Below, piece by piece: positions 1 to 9,158 of a DNA stretch of 33,047 nucleotides (positions within the stretch are counted from its first letter, which is position 1; each line of letters begins with the position of its first letter). The position numbers and the translations under genes are program-made. The notes under the pieces are model-generated. The model did not search any database, was not told the DNA's origin, and worked only from the letters and a program-made list of their open reading frames with translations. Origin of the DNA: a virus. Lineage: Duplodnaviria; Caudoviricetes. The stretch is from positions 1 through 33,047 of the IMG/VR virus record IMGVR_UViG_3300044296_000036; one strand, given 5' to 3'.

Positions 1-452
1 TAAGTACCTGCGATGCCTGAAGCGATGTGCGGGTAGCCTGCAATGCAGGTAACAGCAGTCGCGTTAGAAATCGAGGACGTTGCAACAAGGCCAAACACCG
101 CGCCACCCGACACAACAGCATCATCCAGCACGCCGGAAGTTGCCGTGGTGTAGAGCGGGACGTTCGGAGCGCAGTTCGCAGCCAGGTTAACCATCACCTT
201 GCCGCCAAGTTGCACCCAACCGTAATAGCCCGAAGCAATCGAAGTCTGAGCGAAACCAATACGCTTGCAAGTCGCTGCAAGAGTCGTGGTCATCATCTGC
301 GCCTTTTGGGTGTCATAAACAGCGACAGCCGCATAGGTGCTGATTTCAGACAGAGCTTGGACATACACGGCTTGACCGCCGTCGGACAGGTTGACTACCG
401 TACCGGTCGTGAATTGCGAAGTCGAATCCACATTCGTCAGGGTAACGCCTGC
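1..452. repeat. Left copy of terminal direct repeat (overlap with 32596-33047), indicating a circular/complete genome
   Basis: Manual alignment of 1-452 with 32596-33047: colinear, no indels, about 16 substitutions. Confidence 0.95.
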
Positions 453-479
453 GGTGTTGCTAACACTAAAAGTAGGCAT
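1..479 (-). CDS. Putative capsid decoration/minor head protein (159 aa, MPTFSVSNTAGVTLTNVD...GIAGT); first base of the stop triplet falls just off the left edge
   Basis: ATG at 479 with AAGGAG RBS directly after the capsid stop. Same frame as the 32595-33026 ORF in the repeat copy. Small, Ala/Thr/Gly-rich, directly downstream of the MCP. Confidence 0.7.
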   Translation of the reverse strand, partial: MPTFSVSNTAGVTLTNVDSTSQFTTGTVVNLSDGGQAVYVQALSEISTYAAVAVYDTQKAQMMTTTLAATCKRIGFAQTSIASGYYGWVQLGGKVMVNLAANCAPNVPLYTTATSGVLDDAVVSGGAVFGLVATSSISNATAVTCIAGYPHIASGIAGT

Positions 480-491
480 TTTCTTTTCTCC

Positions 492-1724
492 TTAAGCAAT
501 CAGCACGCCGCAGAACTGCGGGCCGCTGCTCGTCAAATTACCTGCCCAACCAATAAGCTTAACAATCATTCTGTTACTTTCAGCCTTTCGGCTTACTGAC
601 CCTTTCGGGCGGGGATGCCGCTTCGGACTTCCCTCCGAGCTTTCCTTTGTTATGGCTCGGTTCAGACTATCGCATCCGCTTTCGCGGCCCTCTCACTTAG
701 TCGTTCACGCTGCTTTCGCTTGCGCCCTGTCGCCCGCTGCCGGGCTTCCAAGTCAATCAGAGAAGGTTTAAAGACGCCATTAGTGCAAAGTAGGTTTAGC
801 GTCTTGGTTCACAGCTTGGCGTTCGCCACCAATCGGAACGAAGTTACGATCAGCGTGCGGACGGAACATCAGGTATTTGGTGTTGAGGAACCACATATGG
901 TTTGCAGTAGCGGCTGAACCAATACCGCCATCCAACACCACGTCCGATGCCATGCCAGCGCCGAAGTATTTCAGCGAGGCAAAACCAGCGCCAGCCATCG
1001 ACGAACCGCTATCGGTAATCCGCTGGATCGCTTGGAGCGATTGCAGATACAGACGATAGTAGTTGTTGTCGGCCACGATCAGGTCAGGCTTATCAGTACC
1101 ACGGATCAACTGAACAGCGACCGCATCCATATACTGCTGGATGTTGGAAGCCGAAACAGCAGCAGAGCCGTTAGTCACGCCGGAATAAGCAACCGAGCGC
1201 CAGAACGACCACGTAGCACGATCAATGCCGCCGTAAGTACCCGTCGACGGGCTGTCAGGCACAGCAGCGCCCAAGCCGGTCAGGTTCTTACCAGCGTTAC
1301 CAGTGCCGTCAAGGTACAGGTCGCCGCTAATGCGGTTAGCCAGTTGAGCCTCGGCAACAGCCATACGACCGTCCAACAGGTCGATGATTGCTTCTTTGCC
1401 GCTGTTCTGAATCATCTCAAGGCCGCTGATCGACACTGCCGACGCGTACTGAGTGATAGAGAATTGAGCCGAAGAAATCGGGCTGTTCTGAGACACGTTC
1501 AACACTTCATAGCCGCTATAGCTATTGGTGTTGTTGGTGGTGCTGTCGTTATACATAATTTCTTGCAAAATTACGTTACCGCCCGAGAAGGTTTTGACGT
1601 TTCCGCGTTCCTTCAGGCGGCGCAACAGCGCGTTGTTGTTTGTTACGTTATCAGCGAGTTCACCAGTTCGGCTTTGAATGTTAGTGGCGATGATGTCGCT
1701 GATAGAACTATTGGCAAATGCCAT
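492..1724 (-). CDS. Major capsid protein, spliced: join(798..1724, 492..566), 333 aa
   Basis: Capsid-like sequence (MAFANSSISDIIATNIQSR...) after the scaffold gene. Removing the intron joins ...NQDA in frame to IVKLIGWAGNLTSSGPQFCGVLIA-stop. Confidence 0.9.
567..797 (-). ncRNA. Group I self-splicing intron, 231 nt, no internal ORF
   Basis: 5' exon ends GACGCU, pairing with IGS GGCGUC (U.G at the splice site). P3 CCUUCUC/GAGAGGG, P7 GACUA/UAGUC, P8 CCGC-GAAA-GCGG, several GNRA hairpins, terminal G before exon 2. Confidence 0.93.
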
Positions 1725-1743
1725 GATTTTCTCCTATCAGGTT

Positions 1744-2721
1744 TTAGAGTCGATCTGCCATGCTGTCGAACTGCTCAGCAAGCATTGATCGGCGATCTTG
1801 CGCTTTGGTAGCCGTTGTCGCGCCGGGTGCGGCACTTCTGACACTAACCGCTGCCGCTCTAGCCTTCTTTGCAGCTTGATTCGCTGCGACCTTTTGCTGA
1901 GTCTCAATCTTGGCTTGTTGGCTTTGCTGGACTTGCTGATAAAGGTTGTCGTCTAGGCGTACTGCTTTTTCGTAGGCTTCTTCCAACGTGGATGCAACAC
2001 CGCTGTTTAGCAGTGCAATCATCGTCGGTCTTGCTTCTTCAAAATGCTCAGCCTGCAAAGCGAAACTGTTGATCTCGCTCATCAAAGACTGATTCTGCAA
2101 CTGCTCCTGCTGCTCTTTCCAACTCATCACTTCACCGCGAACCTTATTCAGTTCTTGCTGAAGTGCTGAAATATTCGGGTCAAACGGTTGTTGTTGCAAC
2201 TCGCCACCCAAATTCACACCGTATTGTTGCGCCAAGCGCATAAACAACTGTTGTTTCTGCTGCGGGTCACTATATCGCAACGCGTGATCCGCTTCCATCA
2301 AAGCTTTGACCGCTTGCGTCGGCTCAATTCCAAGCCCACGGATTGTTTCCATGTACGGGTTCAAGACTTCTTGAAACTGGTCTGCCATGCGTGCTTTTTC
2401 CATCAGCGGCTGCACACCGGCCTTCATCTGTTCTTCGCGCTGCCAGGCGTATTCTTTCATCCGATCATCGGCAGTCTGCCAAACATCGTGATAGTCTTTT
2501 TTCCACGATGCAGGGGGGCGCTTCCATACTGGCTCTTGGACAGGCTCTTGCGCCTGCTGAACCATTGTTTGCTCGGTTTCTTTGGCTACAAATTTGCCTT
2601 GCTCATCGCGGGGCGTTTCAACTACTTCGACTTGCGGGGCGCTTTCGACTTGCTCAAACTGCTCCAGCAGCTTTTCTCTGCGGGTATCTTCGACGGGTGC
2701 AATTGCGTTCAGATCAGCCAT
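1744..2721 (-). CDS. Capsid scaffolding protein
   Basis: Acidic, Gln-rich, helical 325-aa protein directly upstream of the MCP; PPASWKK motif typical of such scaffolds. Confidence 0.8.
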   Translation of the reverse strand: MADLNAIAPVEDTRREKLLEQFEQVESAPQVEVVETPRDEQGKFVAKETEQTMVQQAQEPVQEPVWKRPPASWKKDYHDVWQTADDRMKEYAWQREEQMKAGVQPLMEKARMADQFQEVLNPYMETIRGLGIEPTQAVKALMEADHALRYSDPQQKQQLFMRLAQQYGVNLGGELQQQPFDPNISALQQELNKVRGEVMSWKEQQEQLQNQSLMSEINSFALQAEHFEEARPTMIALLNSGVASTLEEAYEKAVRLDDNLYQQVQQSQQAKIETQQKVAANQAAKKARAAAVSVRSAAPGATTATKAQDRRSMLAEQFDSMADRL

Positions 2722-3063
2722 TTATCTCTCCCTGTGGGGGTTGCGGGTAAAACGTGCATCGTCTCGCAGTTTGTTCAAAATCTTGTTTGCGTCTGCGTGA
2801 GTCATATTCGCTAATTGCGCCCTCAAGACTTCTTTACGATTGTCTTTTGGTGGCGCAATTTTTGTTTCCATCTTTTCGTTGCCGACTTCTATGCAGCCAT
2901 GCGCCCGCAAATGCTCTCGATGGCGACTGCGGCTAGTAATCATTGATCCGTCAATCATGGATTGATAAGGCTGAATGTCGGGCATTACATGATGCACCGC
3001 AATTGGTTGGTGCTCGCTTACTTCTATTGCTTCGCCGTCAATGTAAATCCAGCGTTTTCTCAT
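2722..3063 (-). CDS. Phage hypothetical protein (head module)
   Basis: ORF abutting neighbours; MPDIQPYQSMIDG...RHREHLR..GCIEVGNE motif recognisable from phage head regions. Confidence 0.7.
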   Translation of the reverse strand: MRKRWIYIDGEAIEVSEHQPIAVHHVMPDIQPYQSMIDGSMITSRSRHREHLRAHGCIEVGNEKMETKIAPPKDNRKEVLRAQLANMTHADANKILNKLRDDARFTRNPHRER

Positions 3064-3407
3064 AGCAGTAACAGAATTTCCTCATCGTCCGTTTCGATAT
3101 GCTGATTCCATATTTGTTCAGCATTCTTAAGATCGGCAATCAACTTATCAAAATCAAGATTGCTTGTCAATATTTCTTGTTTTGTAACATATTTTAACGG
3201 TTCAACGACTTCCGGTATATCTTCCTTGCCTTCAACAATTCTTTCGTACAGGTCTAAAACCTCGGCGCGGCGCTTTTCCCGACTAGCCTTTTCCCGCTCA
3301 AATCGATCTTTGAGTTTGTCGCCGTCATGGGTATCAAGGTCGATCAGCGTGGGAACATAATCCCAAGTCGCTTCGTCCCATGTGCCGGTGTCCCATCCCC
3401 CGTTCAT
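3060..3407 (-). CDS. Hypothetical protein with Trp-Asp-rich N-terminus
   Basis: 4-nt overlaps with both flanking genes; GGWDTGTWDEATWD start; acidic DDEEILLLL end. Confidence 0.7.
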   Translation of the reverse strand: MNGGWDTGTWDEATWDYVPTLIDLDTHDGDKLKDRFEREKASREKRRAEVLDLYERIVEGKEDIPEVVEPLKYVTKQEILTSNLDFDKLIADLKNAEQIWNQHIETDDEEILLLL

Positions 3408-5665
3408 GTGGCGATTTCAACTCCGACCGCTTTACCGTCAGGGCCACGGATAATCCGTTTGGGCGCAGCCATGACATTTAGCAAATTGTCAATTTTGCCA
3501 GCAGTTTGATCGTGCAATAGCGCCATATCCTGCTGCAACTTCTCGACGTTTTGCAGCGCCATCTGCACGCCTGTTCCAAGCTCGGCAGTCATGCGTTCAG
3601 CGGATGCGGTTGCAGCCTCAACGAGCGGAATATCCACGCCAGGATTCGCTCCGATACGCGCCACGGTAACTTTTGTTACTGCGTCGAGTTCTGTTTTCCA
3701 GCGGTTATATTGCTCTTCCATTTCGGCTTTTTGGCGCTCAAAGTCTAGTTTCTGAGCCTCCATTTGCGCCCGCATCTGTTCAATTTCGACTTCGCGCTGT
3801 GCTTTCGCCTGCTCAAGCTGCAATTTAGCCTGCTCGACTTGCATATTTGCTTGCATCTTGGCTTGTTCTAGCTGCCCTTCTGCTTGCATTTTTGCCTGTT
3901 GCAATTGCTGCTCGGCTTGCATCTTCATCATTTCGGGATTGGGTTGCTGTTGCGGCGCAGGACGGCTAACGATTTGATTGATGCCTTGATCTATTGCGCC
4001 TTCAATCTGACGCGCACCCTTGAACGATGCCACCATGAATTTCATCGTTTCGCCAATCATGGGCACAAGTTCGGGCGCTGCTTGACCAAGCGGCAATGCT
4101 TCGCGCAAGAACGATCCCAAGGCCGATATAAATTCAGCCCGATCCCGTTTCATTTGTTGTTCGTCCAATTGCACGAGGGAATCCGCAGCCACTTCGATTC
4201 TGAAGTTCCGCAGCGGTTTGTCTTTCAGCAACATCAATGCTTGCGGGATCAATTGTTGATCTTCGGGTTGCATCTGATCGGCTGCGGCGTACTTGAGAAT
4301 TGTTTCGGGCTGAAACTTGGTGCAAATAATCTGCGCTTTTAGTCGCAATAAGCCCGATGCAAACAACGCCACATCCTCTTGCATTGACCGCAGCCGGATC
4401 GAGGCATATTGCCCCTTGATTTGCTGTGCTGTGGCCGTCTCAGACGCAAACGACGAACCTCGGATAATGTCCGATAGACCTGTGATTTCGTAAATTTGGT
4501 TTTTGATCTCAGTCCGAGCCTGATAGCACTGGATCAGCGTCGCGGCAATCATGTCGATGGGCAGGAAGTCAATCGCGCCTTTCAGACCGCCTTTCTCGCC
4601 AAACGCCATCCAAGAGTCAACCGGCAGTAGAGCGTTGTTCTCGCCCTCAGTCATCAGACGCTGCAAAGCGGGCTGCGACGCGTCATAAACGCCCCTAACG
4701 CGCAAAGCCTTGACCAAGCCATCTATCCGGTCAGACAGAATATCAAGCTCGTTAGCCTGATCCTGGTACAGCACAAAATCAGGAACCGGCACGAGGGTGT
4801 CGCTCGTCATCGTTGCAAACAACGGTTTTGGGCAGGGGAAAAATCCTTCGACTTGCAAAGGATCGTCCCGCTCGTCAATGATGTTGGGCATCGACTTGCT
4901 GAACCAATAAACCTTTCCGGTTTCTTTGTCCCAGTATTCACAAATCTTTGCGCGGGTGTGTTCCTTAGTCGATTGACCATACTGCTTGAGGGTGTCTGGG
5001 CCAGCATCAAAAGGAATCTTGTTGCCGACTTCCTCGCCGAAACGCTCGATGAGTGCTTCGCGGGTCATGTAAACCCACCGCCATACCGCCGTCACTTCTT
5101 CCCATGTACGCGCTACTGCATGGCCAAAGTCTTTCCAATGCACGTAGTCAGTCGGAGCGCATTCGTCCTCGATTTCCTCAAGCGGTTCTGCCCCGTTCAT
5201 TTGTTCGTCGAGGCTTTCCACGTCCTCGGTTATCTCTAGCCCATCTTCGGGCATATCAATAGCTTTAACGTGCGGCTCATAACGCACCCAGGACACGCCA
5301 CGACCGCCAAGGAAACGATCCTCGACGCAATGCTTCATCGCGCTGCGAAAGTCGGTGTAATGCTCGATTTCAAAGTCTAGCGCCCGCTCTATCAGCAAGG
5401 ACGCAACCCGTCCCACTTGGTCATTGTCGCCAAAACGCCGCGACACATCGGCTTTCGGTAGACGCGCATAAACAGCGGGGATCAGCGTTTGTACGTTTGA
5501 CCAAAGGATATTGAACTTGGCCGTTTCGTTGGTGTTTTGGCTGCGATTGTCGTCCCGATAACGCTTGATGATCTTTTGGGTGCGGGCTTCCCACTTCTTA
5601 AAGTCGTTATCGTAAGCTGCAACGATATGCAGCAGCTTCTGCAGTCCTGTGCTTTGTAGTTCCAT
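3404..5665 (-). CDS. Portal protein (P22-like, long C-terminal coiled-coil barrel)
   Basis: 753 aa between terminase and scaffold; FNILWSNV and GLSDIIRG..ETATAQQIK motifs; Gln-rich helical C-terminus. Confidence 0.9.
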   Translation of the reverse strand: MELQSTGLQKLLHIVAAYDNDFKKWEARTQKIIKRYRDDNRSQNTNETAKFNILWSNVQTLIPAVYARLPKADVSRRFGDNDQVGRVASLLIERALDFEIEHYTDFRSAMKHCVEDRFLGGRGVSWVRYEPHVKAIDMPEDGLEITEDVESLDEQMNGAEPLEEIEDECAPTDYVHWKDFGHAVARTWEEVTAVWRWVYMTREALIERFGEEVGNKIPFDAGPDTLKQYGQSTKEHTRAKICEYWDKETGKVYWFSKSMPNIIDERDDPLQVEGFFPCPKPLFATMTSDTLVPVPDFVLYQDQANELDILSDRIDGLVKALRVRGVYDASQPALQRLMTEGENNALLPVDSWMAFGEKGGLKGAIDFLPIDMIAATLIQCYQARTEIKNQIYEITGLSDIIRGSSFASETATAQQIKGQYASIRLRSMQEDVALFASGLLRLKAQIICTKFQPETILKYAAADQMQPEDQQLIPQALMLLKDKPLRNFRIEVAADSLVQLDEQQMKRDRAEFISALGSFLREALPLGQAAPELVPMIGETMKFMVASFKGARQIEGAIDQGINQIVSRPAPQQQPNPEMMKMQAEQQLQQAKMQAEGQLEQAKMQANMQVEQAKLQLEQAKAQREVEIEQMRAQMEAQKLDFERQKAEMEEQYNRWKTELDAVTKVTVARIGANPGVDIPLVEAATASAERMTAELGTGVQMALQNVEKLQQDMALLHDQTAGKIDNLLNVMAAPKRIIRGPDGKAVGVEIAT

Positions 5666-6663
5666 TATTCACGTCCTAGAATGTTCAGCAAACCCTCATT
5701 GCCGGGAAAAACCACAAAATTGCGAGTGCCTTCGCCTTTTGCCCGTGATCCTTCATCTAAATATTTAATGCCGGGAATATTTGCTTTTCGCATATCATCT
5801 GCCCAATAAGAAGACATTCCTTCTTTTAATCTAGGAGCTAGCCATTCGCCTATTATTTGATCATCTTTAGGAAGATTAAACGAAACTTTAGACAAAAAAC
5901 TTTTTACTTCTGCAGGCTGTTGATTAAATGGTTTATCCCAATCTAACATCCGAGCCACGGCTTCGTCAGGCAAATCTACTTTGTAAAGATTACCTTGATT
6001 TGTTCTAATACCACCGGATGCTCTTAATTGTTCAAGTTTTTGCAAATCTCGCATGGCTTTTGCAGCAACTTCTGGATAATCTGCGTCTGGGCTTGCATAT
6101 TTTTGGGCTGTTTCAATAGCTTTATTTAAATTTCCTTTTCTTATTTCTGCTCTAACATTCAAATGTTCAAGTGAACTAGGATCAAACAAACCATTGGACG
6201 TTAAAAATTTATCTTTTGATATTGTGGTTTGATAATCTTTTGCCACGTTTGGAGATTCTGCAACGTAATGCCCATAACCATACGCTTGTGCGCCTTCACC
6301 TGTGCCAATTTTCGTAGGATCAAACTCACCCAACGGATTTTTTGCAGTAGCAACAAAGCGATGCGGTGAGCCGTGATACACAATCGGCGCTGCCATTGAT
6401 ACTGCTTCCATTGCTCTTGCTAGATTGCGTTCCTGCACATCCTCGGGAACACCAAAGACCGAGCCGCGCCAAAACTTAGTACGCGCAAGATCATTCACAG
6501 CATTGACCGGTTCAGCCGAACCATAGCTAGAACCCGTTCCCAATGCCTTTAGTGCTCCGACTAACCTGCTCGGAACTTTGGCAAGTTGTTGCGCCATTGT
6601 CGGAGGTGCAGCCGTTGCGCCTTGATATGCCAGTGCCGCCGCAATCCTTTCTTGCTCTGTCAT
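5665..6663 (-). CDS. ADP-ribosyltransferase-like protein (domain type seen in phage polyvalent proteins) with Ala-rich N-terminal leader
   Basis: VYHGS...FD..KIGTGEGAQAYGYGHYVAE...LYKVDLP...IPGIKYLD...NFVVF motif series. Confidence 0.65.
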   Translation of the reverse strand: MTEQERIAAALAYQGATAAPPTMAQQLAKVPSRLVGALKALGTGSSYGSAEPVNAVNDLARTKFWRGSVFGVPEDVQERNLARAMEAVSMAAPIVYHGSPHRFVATAKNPLGEFDPTKIGTGEGAQAYGYGHYVAESPNVAKDYQTTISKDKFLTSNGLFDPSSLEHLNVRAEIRKGNLNKAIETAQKYASPDADYPEVAAKAMRDLQKLEQLRASGGIRTNQGNLYKVDLPDEAVARMLDWDKPFNQQPAEVKSFLSKVSFNLPKDDQIIGEWLAPRLKEGMSSYWADDMRKANIPGIKYLDEGSRAKGEGTRNFVVFPGNEGLLNILGRE

Positions 6664-6947
6664 TTGTTACGCTCCGAGATAGCGCGAGCCTTTGCGCGAG
6701 CATCTTCTTTGCTGGATGCGCCCCATGCCTTCAAAGCCAGCGCAAGTCGGGTAGGTTTGCCGTTCTTCTCCATTGAGCCAGGCATATTCCCCATGCGGGC
6801 AAGAAACGAAGCGCGACGCGGGTTGTCACCAGCCTTGACGGGAGGCTTTAGCGTGCCGCCAGTTTCAGCGTGATAGCTCGCTCGCCCTTTGGCATTCAGA
6901 CCGCCCTCGGGGTTCTTACCCTCGCTTCTTGTCCATGCTGCGCTCAT
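6660..6947 (-). CDS. Small basic phage protein (DUF6321-like)
   Basis: GGLNAKGRASY...LKPPVK..DNPRRASFLARM motif; ATGA overlaps. Confidence 0.7.
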   Translation of the reverse strand: MSAAWTRSEGKNPEGGLNAKGRASYHAETGGTLKPPVKAGDNPRRASFLARMGNMPGSMEKNGKPTRLALALKAWGASSKEDARAKARAISERNK

Positions 6948-7099
6948 TTTTTCTCCGGCTTTGCAGTCTTTGCAGATTCGCGGAAGTCTTTAGCAGTCGG
7001 CGCACCGGGTTCGCCAGGCTTACGCATACGCTCACCTGAACCGGCTTTTATCCGTTCCTGCTTCGCTAGGATGTTGGCATATAGCCCGGCTTTGTTCAC
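6944..7099 (-). CDS. Small basic phage protein, 51 aa (GTG start)
   Basis: GTGA overlap with upstream stop; GLYANI.AK..RIKAGSGERMRKPG..GAPT motif. Confidence 0.7.
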   Translation of the reverse strand: MNKAGLYANILAKQERIKAGSGERMRKPGEPGAPTAKDFRESAKTAKPEKK

Positions 7100-7404
7100 G
7101 AGAACACGCCCACACCAATCACCGTAGCACCAGCACCGGTTGTTACCTTCCACGCACCATTCGCAGAGCACATATTCATTTCTACGCTGTAAACGCCCGG
7201 AACAAGCGTTGCTGAACCTGTAAGCAATGGAATGGAAGTAGCACCGTCCAGCAGGGTCACAGTTGCCGTGGCCACGGTGTTCACGCTAATAATCAGCCTG
7301 TGCAAATAGTCGCCCGTTGCGCCGCTGCCGCCCAATACTTGCGCTGTTTGACTAGCCGCTACGGTTTCATAGGCATAGCGATACGGATAAGAAACGCCGC
7401 TCAT
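7096..7404 (-). CDS. Small beta-rich hypothetical protein, possibly virion-associated (102 aa, MSGVSYPY...)
   Basis: ATG overlapping the terminase stop (ATGA); Gly/Ala/Thr/Val-rich. Confidence 0.7.
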   Translation of the reverse strand: MSGVSYPYRYAYETVAASQTAQVLGGSGATGDYLHRLIISVNTVATATVTLLDGATSIPLLTGSATLVPGVYSVEMNMCSANGAWKVTTGAGATVIGVGVFS

Positions 7405-8732
7405 ATTCTTGCTCTCCTGGGTTGTTGAGTTGCCCACATATCGTTGAGGGTAACTGTGTTTGACGGGCCTACCATCAAAGGCTTTGCTACATCCGGCGCT
7501 TTGATAGCCGGTTCTTGCCTCCATGCAATCGCCATCATACGAAAAGCGTCAGCAGGGTGGCTAGTCCAATCATGTCTTGGGGTTTGTCTGAAAGCCTTTT
7601 TATCCTCGTCGTATTCGCGCTGATACTGCTTCAGAGCCTCGATGCCCTCGTAACATTTGTGATCGAACCATACGCGAGGAAGCATGTGTCTTACGGCTTG
7701 GATGCCGTCTTGCACCGACAGATCAGGGACGATAGCCAGCGACGCAATGCCCAAATGCTGCGCGAGTTGCTCGATGACGCTTTTTCCACCGCTGGCAAGG
7801 GTTTTGGCTTTCGCATCGTGCGGGAGCCAGTGCTTACCATAGCGATAACCTCGGCCCTCGATAACTTGTGCAAGCTCCTCAATGTTTGCGCCCGATACCG
7901 CGTAAAAGTCGACAACATGGATTTCTCCCCGCACGACTTGATACCACCAAATAGCCGTATCGTCCCGATAGCCCAAGTCCCATGCCGTATGCACAGGCAG
8001 GTTAGGGTCAACAGAAACAGTCGTTACTCTGCCCTCTTGTTCGGCTTCCCTTAATTCTTGTCCGTAAAAAGCTCCGAGGATTGCAGCTTCAAATGAGCAT
8101 TCGTATTCCTGCAAATACTGATCCTCGGACAATTGCGCCCTTGCTGCCGATAACTCGGATGGTGGCAACAAGCCCGACGAAGAGGCGGGGAGGCGCAGCA
8201 GGAACCACTCGTGAGGGGAACGAGTGGCGTTTTCATAAACCGACCAAAACTGATTTTTGCCTTTAGGCGTACCACCAAAGACTGCCCAACCTTGTTTATC
8301 AGACAGCGCCGGACGGATGACATTGCCCCATACGCTTGGCCTAAAGTCGCCGTACTCGTCCATGTAAATACCGTCGAAACCTAAGCCCCGCATGGCATCC
8401 GCATTGTCTGCACCGAACAACCTGATCTTCGCCCCGTTCATCAGGGTTACGGTTAGTTCAGCCTCGTTGCTGTCATTGATGATCGGCTGAGCAAAGTTCT
8501 TCAAGTAATCCCAAACAACGCTTTTCGCCTGGCTGCGGTACGGTGCAATGTAGCCAAACAGCGGATAGGCCGATCGACAGGTCGCCGCTGCCCTGATAAC
8601 GTCATTGATAGCTGCGACAGTCTTTCCTGCTCGCCGGTGGGCTACGAGACAGCCCCACCGCTGCGTCCTTGCGTGGAACGGCAAGAATGCGGGTCTGGGC
8701 GCATATGGAAGGATTATTTCGGATCGGCCCAT
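7401..8732 (-). CDS. terL: Terminase large subunit
   Basis: Walker A-like HRRAGKT, Walker B YMDE, GTPKG coupling motif, nuclease motifs AWDLG and H.ADAFR. Confidence 0.97.
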   Translation of the reverse strand: MGRSEIILPYAPRPAFLPFHARTQRWGCLVAHRRAGKTVAAINDVIRAAATCRSAYPLFGYIAPYRSQAKSVVWDYLKNFAQPIINDSNEAELTVTLMNGAKIRLFGADNADAMRGLGFDGIYMDEYGDFRPSVWGNVIRPALSDKQGWAVFGGTPKGKNQFWSVYENATRSPHEWFLLRLPASSSGLLPPSELSAARAQLSEDQYLQEYECSFEAAILGAFYGQELREAEQEGRVTTVSVDPNLPVHTAWDLGYRDDTAIWWYQVVRGEIHVVDFYAVSGANIEELAQVIEGRGYRYGKHWLPHDAKAKTLASGGKSVIEQLAQHLGIASLAIVPDLSVQDGIQAVRHMLPRVWFDHKCYEGIEALKQYQREYDEDKKAFRQTPRHDWTSHPADAFRMMAIAWRQEPAIKAPDVAKPLMVGPSNTVTLNDMWATQQPRRARI

Positions 8733-8953
8733 CGGATAACCATTTCCTGCGGCCCGCCCTCATTTCCTACGTTTTCAGTCCTAGCCAAGTCAGGAACAAC
8801 CTTTTTTAACAGAATGTCAGCCGCCTTAACCTGCGTTCCTGATAGCTCAATCTCGCCTTCAACATGCTTTAGCAGGCGATTCATAATCTGACTAGCTTGG
8901 ATTTTCTCTCTCCAAGCATCAGATAAAGTTATCTTTCTTTTCCTAGCCGCCAT
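8714..8953 (-). CDS. Putative terminase small subunit
   Basis: Small helical protein overlapping the terL start; ILLKKVVPDL motif. Confidence 0.65.
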   Translation of the reverse strand: MAARKRKITLSDAWREKIQASQIMNRLLKHVEGEIELSGTQVKAADILLKKVVPDLARTENVGNEGGPQEMVIRWADPK

Positions 8954-8990
8954 GTGATTGATTTGTAACAGAAATTGTAAACATACTTAG

Positions 8991-9158
8991 TTAATATTTA
9001 CTATCCATTTTCTTCATGGCTTCGGCTAACCTTTTGCCTTTGTCAGCTTGGTTGAACTCTTTGGCGACCTTAACCGGTACGCCGACTTTCTTAGCGAATT
9101 TGGGGTCGTGAGCGGCCGCCGCCATCATGCGGGCCTGTGCTGGAGAGTGACTAGGCAT
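8991..9158 (-). CDS. Small basic phage protein, 55 aa (MPSHSPAQARMMAAAAHDPKFAKKVGVP...), absent from the ORF track
   Basis: Translated by hand; ATG overlaps the upstream TAA; recognisable phage motif. Confidence 0.75.
   Translation of the reverse strand: MPSHSPAQARMMAAAAHDPKFAKKVGVPVKVAKEFNQADKGKRLAEAMKKMDSKY

Noticed and set aside
615-917. Plus-strand 100-aa ORF over the intron, considered as an intron-encoded endonuclease
   Set aside because: Wrong strand and no nuclease motif; it is the antisense of the ribozyme core and exon
27-2814. Long plus-strand ORFs (27-599, 1032-1811, 2188-2814) and similar shadow ORFs elsewhere
   Set aside because: Antisense shadows of well-supported minus-strand structural genes; no RBS or motifs
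8954-8990. AT-rich IHF-like site (AATCAA-N4-ATG) or pac region upstream of terS
   Set aside because: Imperfect match to the IHF consensus; cannot be supported from sequence alone
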